DNA of 64,000 bases from NCBI GenBank assembly GCA_010909165.1, contig MU008175.1, positions 372,001 to 436,000 of the forward strand. Direction: 5' to 3'. This DNA comes from Anthoceros angustus. Lineage: Eukaryota; Plantae; Anthocerotophyta. The position numbers and the translations under genes are program-made. Positions 37,101-49,369 of this stretch are shown piece after piece. The notes under the pieces are model-generated. The model was given only the letters and a program-made list of their open reading frames with translations. It ran no database searches and was not told where the DNA came from. Numbering within the stretch: the stretch's first letter is position 1; the number at the start of each line of letters is the position of its first letter.

Positions 37101-40100
37101 ATAGCGAAAGGGCGGATAGAGGAGGGAGTTCTGCCTCTTTTGTGTATGATTGATCCGAGCGAGTGTGCTGATCTGAGCAACCTGGACTGGAAGCGATGGC
37201 GAGCAAAGAAGTATGTCATCGGAGTTCTTGGTGGTAACCACACCTACGCAGCACTTATCGGATATATCACCCGGAAAGAAGCGGTTCCAATATGTTGAAG
37301 CACATGTGTATTGTGGGCTTACTGTGCATGAGATGCGGGTGCTTGCAACAGATCACAATATGATGTCCGATCAAGAAAGAAGATGAACTTTATAGAGCAA
37401 GTCGTATTTAAGGGACGAGTTGATCATCGCAAAGAGGAAGAAGTGCAAATGACCATGTCCGAAATACAATCATACAAAGTCCTAGGTTTGATTGAAGACG
37501 ATGAAGGGCGGGAGGCGGCGTGTACAAGCGAACAAAGTGGACAATCGGACCCACATTACATGTATTGCTAAGCGGGATGGGAAGGTGTGGGAGAATGTGG
37601 ACAAGATTTTTCCAAATGGGAAGCGGAGAGCTTCGAGCGGAAGAAACACGTTCTGCGGACAAGCAAGAAAGGGAAAGGCAAGCGCAAGCTGGCGGATGAC
37701 CGGCAGTTGATAGTGTGTACGTCAAGCCTAGAGACATGTTGGCCAAGCCACGGAAATCTTTTCGAGAATACCGATTGGAGAGTGTGGCCAGAAATCGATA
37801 AGCGCCAGAAGGTGTTAATGTGATAGATCAAGGGGATGGAGGAAGAGATCACACTGGAAAAATTTCATATCATACAAGTAGCAATGGTGAAGCATCTCGT
37901 CATTTGAAGAGGTGCGAGGAGTATCCTTTACATTCTACGGACAATATGCTAGCACGATTCCAACGACCTTCTCCGGAAAGGTATGATCGGTTTTCGTCAT
38001 ATTGAACCGGGGGCCGGGGCGATGCCGGCGTGGCGCCCGGCACGCCCCCTCCCCCTGCATATGTTTGATGATGGCGGTCGCCCTCACTTCAGATATGGGT
38101 TTGTAGCCGGCCAGGCCCTTCAATCCAACGCGAAAATGAGGCGGCCGCCCCTCTCCATGACTAACGCGTTTTCGGCAATTGAAAGACATCAGTCTTGACA
38201 AAACTCCCGGTGACTTCCAAAGATTTTATTTTCGAGATAAACAATTGGAAAGGGCTTGAAGGCAGCGGTACATTAGCGGACAAGGACACGGAGGAAGGTC
38301 TTGAGGTTTTCAGTTCCATCAGCAGAGAGCCGGTACAATACCAAATCGAAAGTCGTGATGTACAAGATATGCGTGGTTTTCTCGGGGCAAGGCGTTCTCG
38401 TCATGGATGTGCCCCGAGGTTTTAACATTGGACCTATGGACAAGAGGGTGGATAAGCAAATGATGGATTCTCTTCCAAAGCTTCGAGAAGACCACTAGCG
38501 ATGATGAGGATGATTGTGATGCATGGAGTGGAGGAGGCACAATTAGAGAATCAATGCGAAAGTGGAGCGGAAAGGGCTTGGTGTCGTTCGTATGGACAAG
38601 ACAAACATGAACAATGACAGGTGGATTTGAGGCATGGAATACATAACTATCGGATGGGGTCTCGAAGGATGGGAGCACAAAGGATGAATTGCAATGCTAC
38701 CAAATGCTATGCATGGAACATTCAACAATGGAAGGTCCGTCATTGCTCTTACGCTTGTCAAAAACAGTTTACATGTCACATGACAAGTTGGTGGTCCGCC
38801 TTACCGAGACCACTAGGGTTGATGACGAGACTTATTACAACCTTCTCCAAAGAGGGAGATTGGGTTGGATGCATGCTCGGGAGCGGCACATTAGCGGCGT
38901 TACTTGCGGGGAAGGAGTTGTATAATCGAGGTGACTTGAGATGTGAGTTATATTTCACAAAGAATTCATGGATTTGAGGTGCTCCCGGATGCTGAGGAGT
39001 TGAATTTTGAAGCCCACCGAGAAGGTGTTAATGTGATAGATCAAGGGGATGGAGGAAGAGATCACACTGGAAAAATTTCATATCATACAAGTAGCAATGG
39101 TGAAGCATCTCGTCATTTGAAGAGGTGCGAGGAGTATCCTTTACATTCTACTACAATATGCTAGCACGATTCCAAATTCTCCGGAAAGGTATGTCCGATC
39201 GTGTTTTTTTCGTCATATTGAACGAGGATCGATGCTGTGGCGCCGCCGGCCGGCGCCTGCACCGCCCGTCTCGACATATGTTTGATGATGCTTTCACGCC
39301 TCACTCACAGGGGTAGGGCCGCCAGCCGCCTTCAATCCAACGGAAAATGAGGGCGGCCGCGCCTCCCCCAGAATGACTAACGTGCCGCAGCAATTGAAAG
39401 ACATCAAGTGTCGACAACTCACTTCCAAAGATTTTATTTTCGAGATAAACAATTGGAAAGGGCTTGAAGACGAGCAACAAGATTAGCGGACAAGGACCTG
39501 GAGGAAGGTCTTGAGGTTTTCACAGTTCCATCAACAGAGAGCCAGGTACAATACCAAATCGAAAGTCGTGATGTACAAGATATGCGTGGTTTTCTCAGGG
39601 CAAGGCAGTACACACTTCTCGTCATGGATGTGCCCCGAGGTTTTAACATTGGACCTATGGACAAGAGGGTGGATAAGCAAATGATGGATTCTGTCTTCCA
39701 AAGCTTTGCTGAGAAGACCACTAGCGATGAACTGAGGATGATTGTGATGCATGGAGTGGAGGAGGCACATACAATTAGAGAATCAATGCGAAAGTGGAGC
39801 AGGAAAGGGGGCTTGGTGTCGTTCGTATGGGACAAGACAAACATGAACAATGACAGGGGTGGATTTGAGACTGTGGAATACATAACTATCGGATGGGGTC
39901 TGAAGGATGGGAGCACAAAGGACAGAATTGCAATGCTACCAAATGCTATGCAGGGAACTTTCAACAATGGAAGGTCCGTCATTGCTCTTACGCTTGTCAA
40001 AAACAGTTTACATGTCACATGACAAGTTGGTGGTCCGCCTTACCAGACCACTAGGGTTGATGACGAGACTTATTACAACCTTCTCCAAAGAGGGAGATTG

Positions 40101-40518
40101 GGTTGGATGCATGCTCGGGAGCGCACAACCGTATTGGCACTTGCGGAAGGAGTTGTATCGCCATCGAGTGACTTGAGATGTGCAGTTATATTTCACAAAG
40201 AATTCATGGATTTGAGGTGCTCCCGGATGCTTGAGGAGTTGAATTTTGAAGCCCACCGGAGAGGACTTGCTTAAGGCAAAGGAGGTTTGCATCAAGAAGG
40301 ACTCCTTGAAAGCACAAGTGGTTTCTTTGAGTGCCGTCGGAATAAGAGCGGATGGCGATTTGTTGGAGGCTGGCCAACAAACACTCGAGAACGTTTGGCG
40401 ATCTGCGGATGGTAATGATGAAGACACGGATGGGAGCGAGGACTCGAGGGCTTTGGTTGAAGTCGACACTTTCGATGAGGAAGAACTTGAGCGGATACTG
40501 AACTTGGGTAGTTTATGA
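34150..40518 (+). CDS. ParB-like/N4-N6 MTase, copy 2 (scrambled by internal repeats)
   Basis: GVLGGNH at ~35935 and ~37221; YTLLVMDVPRGF in ORF 39582..40022; FSKEGDWV...GSGTLAALLAG in ORF 38621..38977; stop at 40518. Confidence 0.75.
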
Positions 40519-40900
40519 TTCGATTATGAGCAAGCACCGGTTGAGTCAGTTAGCCCCGTGTAGGCGTTTGTAGTTGTGAACTATTATGCATGCTAGTGGT
40601 CAATTTTGGCGGAACCTAAAACAGGATGGTCTCCAAGCTTGCAGACGACGTACCCATACCTAGTTCTGTTGTGTGATTACTAGGCCTCTTGTCAGTGTGG
40701 AAATGGATCATCGCACAAAACAAACTACTTTTGACCACTACTTGGCGCCGATACTTGACCTTCTGGTTTTGTTGTTTCACAATGCGCATTAATTTAGGAA
40801 TCATTGTCCATGGTATGGGACACCGAAATCCAAAAACACGGTTTTGGGAACCATGTGTTATCTGTGAAGGAGGTTTCGTTCAACCAGAAGGGGGTTCGGA

Positions 40901-40929
40901 TATTCACCCCCTTCACTGAATACCATGTT
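40901..40929 (-). repeat. Right TIR of the DNA transposon (copy 2)
   Basis: Reverse complement AACATGGTATTCAGTGAAGGGGGTGAATA matches the left TIR at 27/29; TGCA at 40930-40933. Confidence 0.85.
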
Positions 40930-40933
40930 TGCA

Positions 40934-41836
40934 TTGTCTCTTCTTTCTTGCGTGCAAAGGATGCAAGCTCTGCAATTTTTTCAGGAGTCTTCAGCGAAAA
41001 GGCTTTCTCCAAAATCCCCATGAACACCTCCATCGGATTGGTGTGATTAGGTGTCAAGATATGCTCATCCACCCCTACTGTGGCTGCCAACCTCTCTGCT
41101 GCAGTCAAGCTAACAACCGTAGGTGTACAGTAGCTGCGACAGTTCCAGCAGCAATGCCCGCCTGGTGAGCATTGATTGTCGTGGCTAGTTTAGCGTTGTA
41201 GGCTAACTGCAAAGCACTCTGGAAAAGAGGATTAGGCGTAGCCACCGTTGCCATGAGATCCACCTGGTGCGCCTCATATAGGTCCAAAGCCTCATTTGCT
41301 AGGTACCCAACCAAGTGCTCAAACATGTATAAATGATTGTATGGCGAACCATGTTTGAACTTCACTCGGCTGATCATGCCATTGATAAACAGCTTGAAAT
41401 CTCGCAATGTCTCAGTACCTGGCCTTCCCAAGAATCTCTCATGTCTGTATGATGGTCCTCCTCCCTCCATGGTGTCTGAATCCCCTGAATAATGAGTGGG
41501 CCTGTCCAGTCACGCTGGCCGGACCGCCCCGGAAAGAGATGCTCCTAGCGGTATTTGGATGCTCTTGCTGGCTTTACGAATCGGTGCTTGACGCTAGCGA
41601 AATTTGTAGTGACAAGGGTGACCAATTAGCTGCAAGACTTGTGGCTTGCTGAGGTGTTGGAGGCGAATCGCCTCAACGTCATACGCCCGCTGCCGCCTCG
41701 GCTGCCCACCTCCTCCTTGCGTGCACTCGCTCGGGAGCAATCCTGGAATGTCCGGGTTGGTCGGAGGAGGATCGGTCTCATGCTCCTCGGGTTGCATTCC
41801 CCCATGAACACGCATAGCAAAAAAGAGGTCAGCTAG
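40934..41836 (-). pseudogene. 5' half of host Gypsy element 1 gag (copy 2)
   Basis: GVDEHILTPNHTNPMEVFMGILEKAFSLKTPEKIAELASFARKKEETMQ, homologous to element 2 gag. Confidence 0.8.
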
Positions 41837-44800
41837 CTAGGCTGGAAGAGGAAAAGAAGGCAAGCTAATTGCAGTCGAGGCTTCTTTGCTAAAGCGAAAA
41901 CCGAGACAAGTCAGGCTGAAATGTCAAAGTGACAGCTGCAAAAAGGACATGTAGGGAGCCAGTCTAAAAGCTAAGCTAAGAGCTAGGCTACATGTAATGA
42001 AAGACCTTAAATGCCAGTGTCCATAAGAGCCCTAGCCCCTATGCTGCAACAAGAGGGGTGTTGGCTGCAAATAGCCAACATCCCCCACTGAAACCCTAGA
42101 TGACCAAATCCTCCAAGGCATTCAATCCTTGGATTTCACTCAAAACTGAACCAAAATTATACCAATAGATTCATCTCAGCGAGGCAAACAATCTGGTATG
42201 TGAATCAAAGGCAACCAACCTCTGTGGCGGACTCTATGAGCTCTGGAATGCTGGGACGAGCCTGTTTGCGCCCAGCCATTTCCATCATTCTGCAGCGCAT
42301 CCGCCCTTGGCACCCTTCTCCCACGTTTTTGCAGCCTGCCTAACTAGCCTGCAGCGGGGTTTCATCAACCCGTCCTCTAACTTAGGGTTTGCAACTAACA
42401 TGCTTATTTAGCATGTCTACTTGGCTGATAATGAGCTGATCACTTATGTCCTAAAAATAGGGAATTTCTATACTAGCATATTCTGCAAATATCCATACTA
42501 GAATATTGTGTCCATATGCTCCTTTCATTCAGTAAACACTCTTCCTTACCTCGAGTCGTCCGCCGTTCAAATGTAGGTGGACGGGTCCAGATATGCGGAA
42601 TTGGGGATCGAGTATACTAAATCATGGGGATCCGGTATGTCCCACCTTGTGCTGCTTGTCTTTCATGACACTATGTCAGTTTGCTGCTGTTACATTAGTT
42701 GGCTACAGTCTGACGCCCTAGATGAGGTCACGCAGACAACTTCCAAGTTTGCGTGATCTAAATACTTCCCCACTTACAGTTGACCACTTTCACGTGTACA
42801 CCACTGCCTTTCCACACCACCCTCGTGCATACAGCCGTAATTAGGGTTAAGATGTCACTTCATTTTGACATACACACTGACCCCATCAAGTTGACATGAA
42901 CGACTTCGTAATACCGCCGAACTGAATACACACATTCACACGCATTGCCACACTACACCATCATAGCATGATCATCTTTGCCATGCTCATCTTTTTCACT
43001 TCATAGAGCTGTGTTAAGCATCTGTCGCACGAGGTAAGTATTTGCATTCATATGAGCACTTCCTCAATAGATAACCAAGCAAAGAAATCAAATATGAAAA
43101 TATAAGTGCAAACCAATAACAATAGAAGGGAGTAGCTTGCACGTCGTGGCACAAACACACTCTCTCCACGAGAACAACAAGCAAATTCCTCACACATCGC
43201 TCTTGGAGTCATAGCTTTGGCCTCCTCACAACACTGTTGCATTGCATATCTAGAGGTCTCCTCACAACATTAGCATATCTAGAGGGTCTCCTCACAACAC
43301 CATTGCATTGCATATCTAGAGGACAAGCTATGATCTGAGCTTGTCCTTTGTGAAAGGGTCTACATATACTAGCCCTTGGCATCGGCATATTCCTAAGATG
43401 TCTTATTGGCATAAATATAGAAATATCCTAAGAAAACACTATTTAATATGCAAGAAATATGCTAAAGCATATTACTTGTGCTTATCCACGTAGCTATTGC
43501 TAACCATGTTTACTTAATACTAATCAATGATTAATTAACATAAGCATCTCAGATTAATGAATATAAATTACTTATTTAAAGATAAGTAATTAGATTAATT
43601 AACACTAATCAAACACTAAACCCAAGTGCAGAGGTTAGTGTCACACGGCATGACACATCCCCACATTGATTAAGCACACCAAATCTCGTATGTCTTGCAT
43701 TTATAGCTCAATATGCTGACTGCTTTACTGCTTACACACAACAGCACACATAGAAGACTAGCTAGCAGCTGAAAAACTCATTTGGTTGCAGCCTTTTGTA
43801 CGTCCACCTCTATGGATCGCTCTTGATCCTTCACATTCTCTCGATCAGTTTGGAGCTTGGCACAAAGATAGCTCCAAGATGGCACAAAGACTGCTCCATT
43901 GGCCCCACGTTGCCTGGCGCTCTTCTGGCAGGTGGGCTGATGTTAATCCACCCTACTTTCAGTACTACTTCTACCACAGATATATATATCAGTAACTACG
44001 TGCTCTCGTCAACTACCAAGTGTCTAAAAAAAATTGCTAACGTCTTCCAGCTATTTATGACCACACATGCACACTTGTTGGTTGACGTTTCTCCAATTCA
44101 CAACGTTCATCCTTTGGGGGTGTTCTTCTACACTACTTTGTTACCACAATGGCACACTTGTTGCTTGACAGTTCGCCAATTCACGATGTTCGCTTTGGGA
44201 GTGTTCTTCTACACTGCTTAGCACAGATGAGACCATCTCATCTCTATTATATAGGTAAAGATTTTTTCTTGATTCTTAATTTGCAAATCTAAATATTCCA
44301 CTCTTATGTACCTGCAAACTCTTATTTCCAATTGTAAACGTTCAATCCCTAGTAAGATGCCAGCTCCTAATCATTAATGCTAAACCCCTAATGCTCAATG
44401 CGAACTCCTCAACACAAATGCTGACACCACTTTTGAAATCCTAACACCAATTTTGAAATACTAACCATAATTTTTAACTGCAAACAACAACTTGCAACCA
44501 CCGCCGGTGGTATATACAAAAAACAAGTGTAATTAATTGCCCTCGTCATGACGCTACGCCGTCAAACCATTGGAGGTACCTCCGGTGCTTTCAGCGTATT
44601 TTGGAAGTGTCCAAAGTTATGTGTGGGTTCAAAAACACTGGCAACCTATATTTTGTTGGTGACCAGGAATGATGTAGAGAGGTTTGCATGTTTTAGTGCT
44701 TCCGTCCAGCGAAACCCGGAACTGCCTGGATTTACAAATCCACCCTGTAGCTAGCATTCTCCAGCCCCCACATGTGATGGATGTAGGTACTCTCGGTCAT

Positions 44801-45004
44801 CAATGGTGGAAACGTGGTGTCGTGAATTCGCTCGCAGTAATGAAACGACATGGGATCGGTGCATTGTATCGTGAGCCACTCCTATTGTTCGTTGCGCGAC
44901 CACCGTTTTCCTGAAGCCGACAAAAGGAAGGCAGCCAGTTGTGTCAGAAAGGTTTTTCATCTCCCCAGAGGCGCTTCGAGGTTGGACAAAGATTGGGGTT
45001 GGCT

Positions 45005-46240
45005 ATGGCGTTGCGGCGATCGCTGCGTCAGCTGCTGGAGTCCGTGGGAAGAGGCACGGGTGACAGCGAGCTTGTGCTCCCTCGGATGATCTTGTCTGCT
45101 AGGAATTCAAGCAGCGGTGCGGGATCTGACTCCTCTCTGCGAGAGGCCGCTGCGCAGATCCCTCCTGGCCTTGGCAGCAGCGGCGTCGTCGGCAGGAGAT
45201 TCTACAAGAAGGCTCACATGAAGCCGGCTGAGGATGGTTCTGGATATTCGGTTATGCTGGACCAGCGGGTGCTGAGAACCCCTGCCAGGAAACCGCTGAC
45301 GGTGCCGACGCCAGCCCTGGCTCTCGCAATCGCTGCTGAGTGGGAGTGGCAGGTGAGATTGCCTTTGTGCCGCCTCTTGCTGTGAGAATGTTTGGTAGGA
45401 TGTGCTTGGACATCCCTGCGTGGGATGTAGCAAAATCGACCATCTCGATCTTAGGTAGCCAGGTGCAATTAGGTCAAAGCAGATGAGTGCAATCTTGAGT
45501 CTGAATCCAAACTGTTTGCCAGGACAGCACTGGAATTCGTCCCTATACAATGCCAATGATGAAGCTTGCTGCTACGGCAATTGATCAAGTTCCAAGGGAT
45601 CGGGACATCGTGATAGCCTCGTTACTGAAGTACTTTCACACAGATGCCGTTTGCTGCCGAGTTTTGGAGCCAGCTCGTCTTGCCGGTAAGTAATCCATTG
45701 CCCCCTCTCGCAAGTCAGAAGCAGATCTGACCGGGCTGATGTTCTTCCCTACCTGCTGCAGAAAGGCAAGCCAAGGTGTGGGATCCGTTGTTGGATTGGG
45801 CAGCAACAGCCATCGGAGCAAGGCCTGCTGTCTCCACAAGCATCCTGGTGGACAGTCAGCTGGATCCCGTGGTTGAGGCCATGCGGAAAGAGCTGGAGAA
45901 GGCAGACAACTGGCAGCTAGCTGCTGTCGACTATCTTGCGGGAGTGGCACGCTCGTTACTCATCGCTATGGCTCTTTCCCGAAATCGGCTAACCGTTGAG
46001 CAAGCCATCGAAGCGATGCGGCTGGAGGAAGACTTCCAGGTAATCCATGGTGGATTCCACCCGGACGTCTGCATGCAACTTTTCCACTATCTTCACATTC
46101 TGACAGGATGGAGCGTGTTGCACATGGTGCAGGTCCAAGAGTGGGGACTCGTGGAAGGAGGACACGACATCGACATTGCTGATACCCGTGCGAAGGTGTA
46201 CGCAGGTTCCGTCTTTCTGAGACTCCTGGAGGAGAAGTGA
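45005..46240 (+). CDS. ATP12: Mitochondrial ATP synthase F1 assembly factor 2; exons ~45005-45352, 45523-45685, 45762-46039, 46133-46240
   Basis: RRFYKKA, VMLDQRVLRTPA, ALAIAAEWEWQ, TMPMMKLAATAID, RLEEDFQ..EWGLVEGGHDID; GT-AG introns. Confidence 0.95.
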
Positions 46241-47889
46241 AGTGAAGCCCCCTGACGCTTCGAAGTTTTGTAGCCCTGGAGCTGGATGCAGCGGATGCCA
46301 TGAAGTGTAGGAGTTCCATCCATGTCCATATCCATATCCAGACTAGTTATACGGAGAGGGTATCCTACAGTAGCTTGAGCAAAGGTTTCGCCAGCGCGAG
46401 GTGCCGGAATCGTGCAGAGGTCGTGACGAGGGGAGAGGTTGGGCCTCGCGATTCGTGGAAAATGCGAAGAAGTTCGAACAAACAGTGGGCACTGAGTATA
46501 GGTCCAGTCTTGTAGCTTGTTCCTTCATGTTTGCGCGAAAGGGTACATAGCTACTTCATCGTAAGATGCGATCGGAAGAGGAAGGGCATGAAGTGAAGCT
46601 GGATGTGCATGTGCTCCCTTCAAGGAGTGACATCTAAATGAAGCTGGATGTACATGTGCTCCCTTCAAGGAGTGACATCGGGACTTTTGGGTTCTTGGAA
46701 CTCCCCAGTCAGGCGTCCTTGGAACGATCCCAGGTGCGAATTCTGAAAATGTTTATCCATGTAAAAAATCTTCGGTTCGAGTTCTGAAAATATTTATCTA
46801 TGTAAAAAATCTTTAAATTCTCTTGGAAAAGAAAAAAAAGCTGGATGTACATGATGGTTGGTACAAGCAGTGCAGGTTAGGGTTAACCACCGGCGGCAGC
46901 TCACGGTATGGATGGTGGATAGAGAGAGGGGAGAAGATGGGCTCACGGTGACTTGTCCCCGGGGCCGACGAACATGGCCATCTGATTCCAACGGGCCCTT
47001 CTTCTTCCCCTTCACTTTCATGGGCTGTTCCGTCGATACTGTGGCTTGTTCTCTCTTCCTTCATGGGCCTTTGGGTCGCGCTGTACGCGCTCGCCTGCAT
47101 TTCGCAGAGGCGGGCGTGCAGGCAGGGCACAAATTCAGCTGGCCCGGCCCTGCTGTGTGGGGCAATGTTGGGGAGCAGCAGCGAATTGACGTGATTAGAG
47201 CAGGCATGCTGGTTGCGCCGCGTTAGTAGCATCTCACTCTTCGAATCTCGGAGACGGTGCCAGCAGTGTGGTCGCAGAGAGAGCGGGCAAAGTTGTGTTG
47301 AAGATCACTGCTTGCCCTATTTCTCCCCGTGATGCTGTCAGCTGTCACAATTTTTGGCCTGCCTGTCGCATTATCTGATGGTACTTCTTTCTCTTTCCTG
47401 GCTTCACCTCTTGATGTTGCTGGGCCTGGCAGTGGCAAGCACCAGGCACCAAGCACCAAGCACGCTGTGTTACCGCACACTGCTCCCCTGGTGTCCTGGC
47501 CCCGGCTTGGTGCTGCTTTCTGGGCATGCCTTGGTCTGGGTCGGTGTCCTGCTGTGGTGGTTGTGCGGTTTTGTCCCGCACCGTTTCATACTTGCCTCCT
47601 TTTGGTTATGGGTAGAGCGGTTGCTGATCTCTCTCACTGATTTCGCTGTTGTGCCAATGTGGTGGCTCGTGTAGACCAGCAGCCCAGTGCTGTTGCCTAA
47701 TTTTGCTTTCTATTCACACGTTGAGTCAGTGAGTGAGCTATAGAAGGCCCGGTTGCAGGGCGCCTCTGCCTAGGCTGTTGTGGATGTTAGGTCATCAGTC
47801 CGTGCCAATGTTCCTGCATCGCACAGCAATTTCATTGGCATGTTGGCACGTGAATCTCCTGTTCATATCCCTTCCATTATTGCAGTACA

Positions 47890-49317
47890 ATGGCAGAAGG
47901 TGACAGTGCCGACTTCGAAGTAAAGGATGAGGAATTGGTTGATTTTGAGGGATCTGACTATGGCTTCGGCTCGGACGAGGAGTTGGACATAGAGGAAAGC
48001 GCTAAGCAAGCAGGCGATGGTGGGCCATTTGCCCACTCGCAGGAAGCTGGGCCTGTCGACCCTCCGACACCCGATGGGGCGGCCGCTGCATCAATTGCTC
48101 CCAAGGAGGGAGCCGAGAGTGGAGAGATCGAGGAGGAAAAAGAAGACAAGGAGGATGGGGTCGTTATGCAGCCTGCCAAATCTGCTGCTGGTCGTGGAGA
48201 AGGGGGAAGTCACGGGGGACGAAGGGTAGGGGAGTCTAGGCACAGGAAGCATCGGAAAGCTGACTTGGAGGATGGCGAGCTGGATGACGCTGCCATGGTG
48301 ATCACCCTGATATTTCACCCATTTCATTCCTTATTTTCTGGATGTTCATTACCCACATTTTCTCCTTCATCTGGACCACACACATACTTGTCTAATGTCT
48401 TATGATTTCTACTCACTCGATTTCCTGCTACCCTCGCTGGGAGGGACCGGAATTTAGGCCTTCCTTGTCTTCTTGACGTCCCCTTGGTGTGACTTTCCCA
48501 AAGACACTCTGCCCCATCTGCATATCTTGGCTGCCCTGTGTATATGATCCACGCCACAATCTTGCTATGAAGTCTACCCATTTTCCTAGACTTCTGTGCT
48601 TACTGAGCCACATAGTTGTAGGGTAGATATATGTCCTTGAATACTCCCTCGCTGCTCAAGTCTTGCCATCTGATGACCAAGCCTTTGAATTTCCTTGTCA
48701 TGTGTCTCCAGTCACCACGGGCATCATCTTTCATTTTCCAGTTCTGTGAGTGGTCCCATTTGACTCGTTTGAGATCGGTGGAGTCCCTCTACAAGCCCTT
48801 TTGGTTTCCTCTTCCTTGTCTTTGAGGGTTGGTCAGGCCGCTCACTTGTTGAAATGGTGCGGGGGTTTGCCCTGAAAGATCTTTTTCAAGCCTCGCTGCT
48901 CCATCCCTGAATGCTGGAAAACCTTCCTGGTACAAGTTACTAGAGTTGAGGGTAGTGAACCGAACACCCCAGATTGAAAGCTGCTTGTGTCAGAATGCAA
49001 AGTCAGGGCCAATATTGGTCATCATCGGTAGTAGGAGTTGGTGGCGATATCTCTCAATGAGGTAACATTGGAGCGATGTTTGATCAAAGTTTGTGCAACA
49101 TTGCGGCAGTTCATTGTGGAGATGGAATACAGACTTAATGCATTTCCAAGGATTTTCATCTGCTCCGTGTTTCTCTGCTTTAGGAAGTCTGTGTTTGTGT
49201 GAAATGTGGCTTAGTGTCCAGTGAGAGGTGGTGGGTGCCACCATCTATGTGTAACGTGCATGAGGGATTGTGAGGTAACTGATGTCACATTCTAGTTTGC
49301 AATGTTAGGTGGGGGGC

Positions 49318-49369
<52 letters not shown>

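Larger units (their letters stand above)
24171..41815. repeat. Second copy of ~9470-24170, with internal re-duplications (~35470-36730 again at ~36740-38010; ~37805-39010 again from ~39012)
   Basis: Same order of B-A-B repeats, transposase, cargo ORFs, TIR and gag. Junction ...GAACACGCAT|ATGTCGATTC. Confidence 0.85.

Noticed and set aside
35470-40260. Tandem ParB and MTase domains as a real multi-domain protein
   Set aside because: Copy 1 has single domains, and the jumps occur at microhomologies, suggesting misassembly.
41840-44540. 5' terminal repeat/UTR of host Gypsy 1
   Set aside because: Plausible by position, but no partner repeat, PBS or TSD is visible in this window.
46594-46815. 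Short direct repeats (~41 bp and ~32 bp pairs) downstream of ATP12
   Set aside because: Simple local duplications with no supported function.
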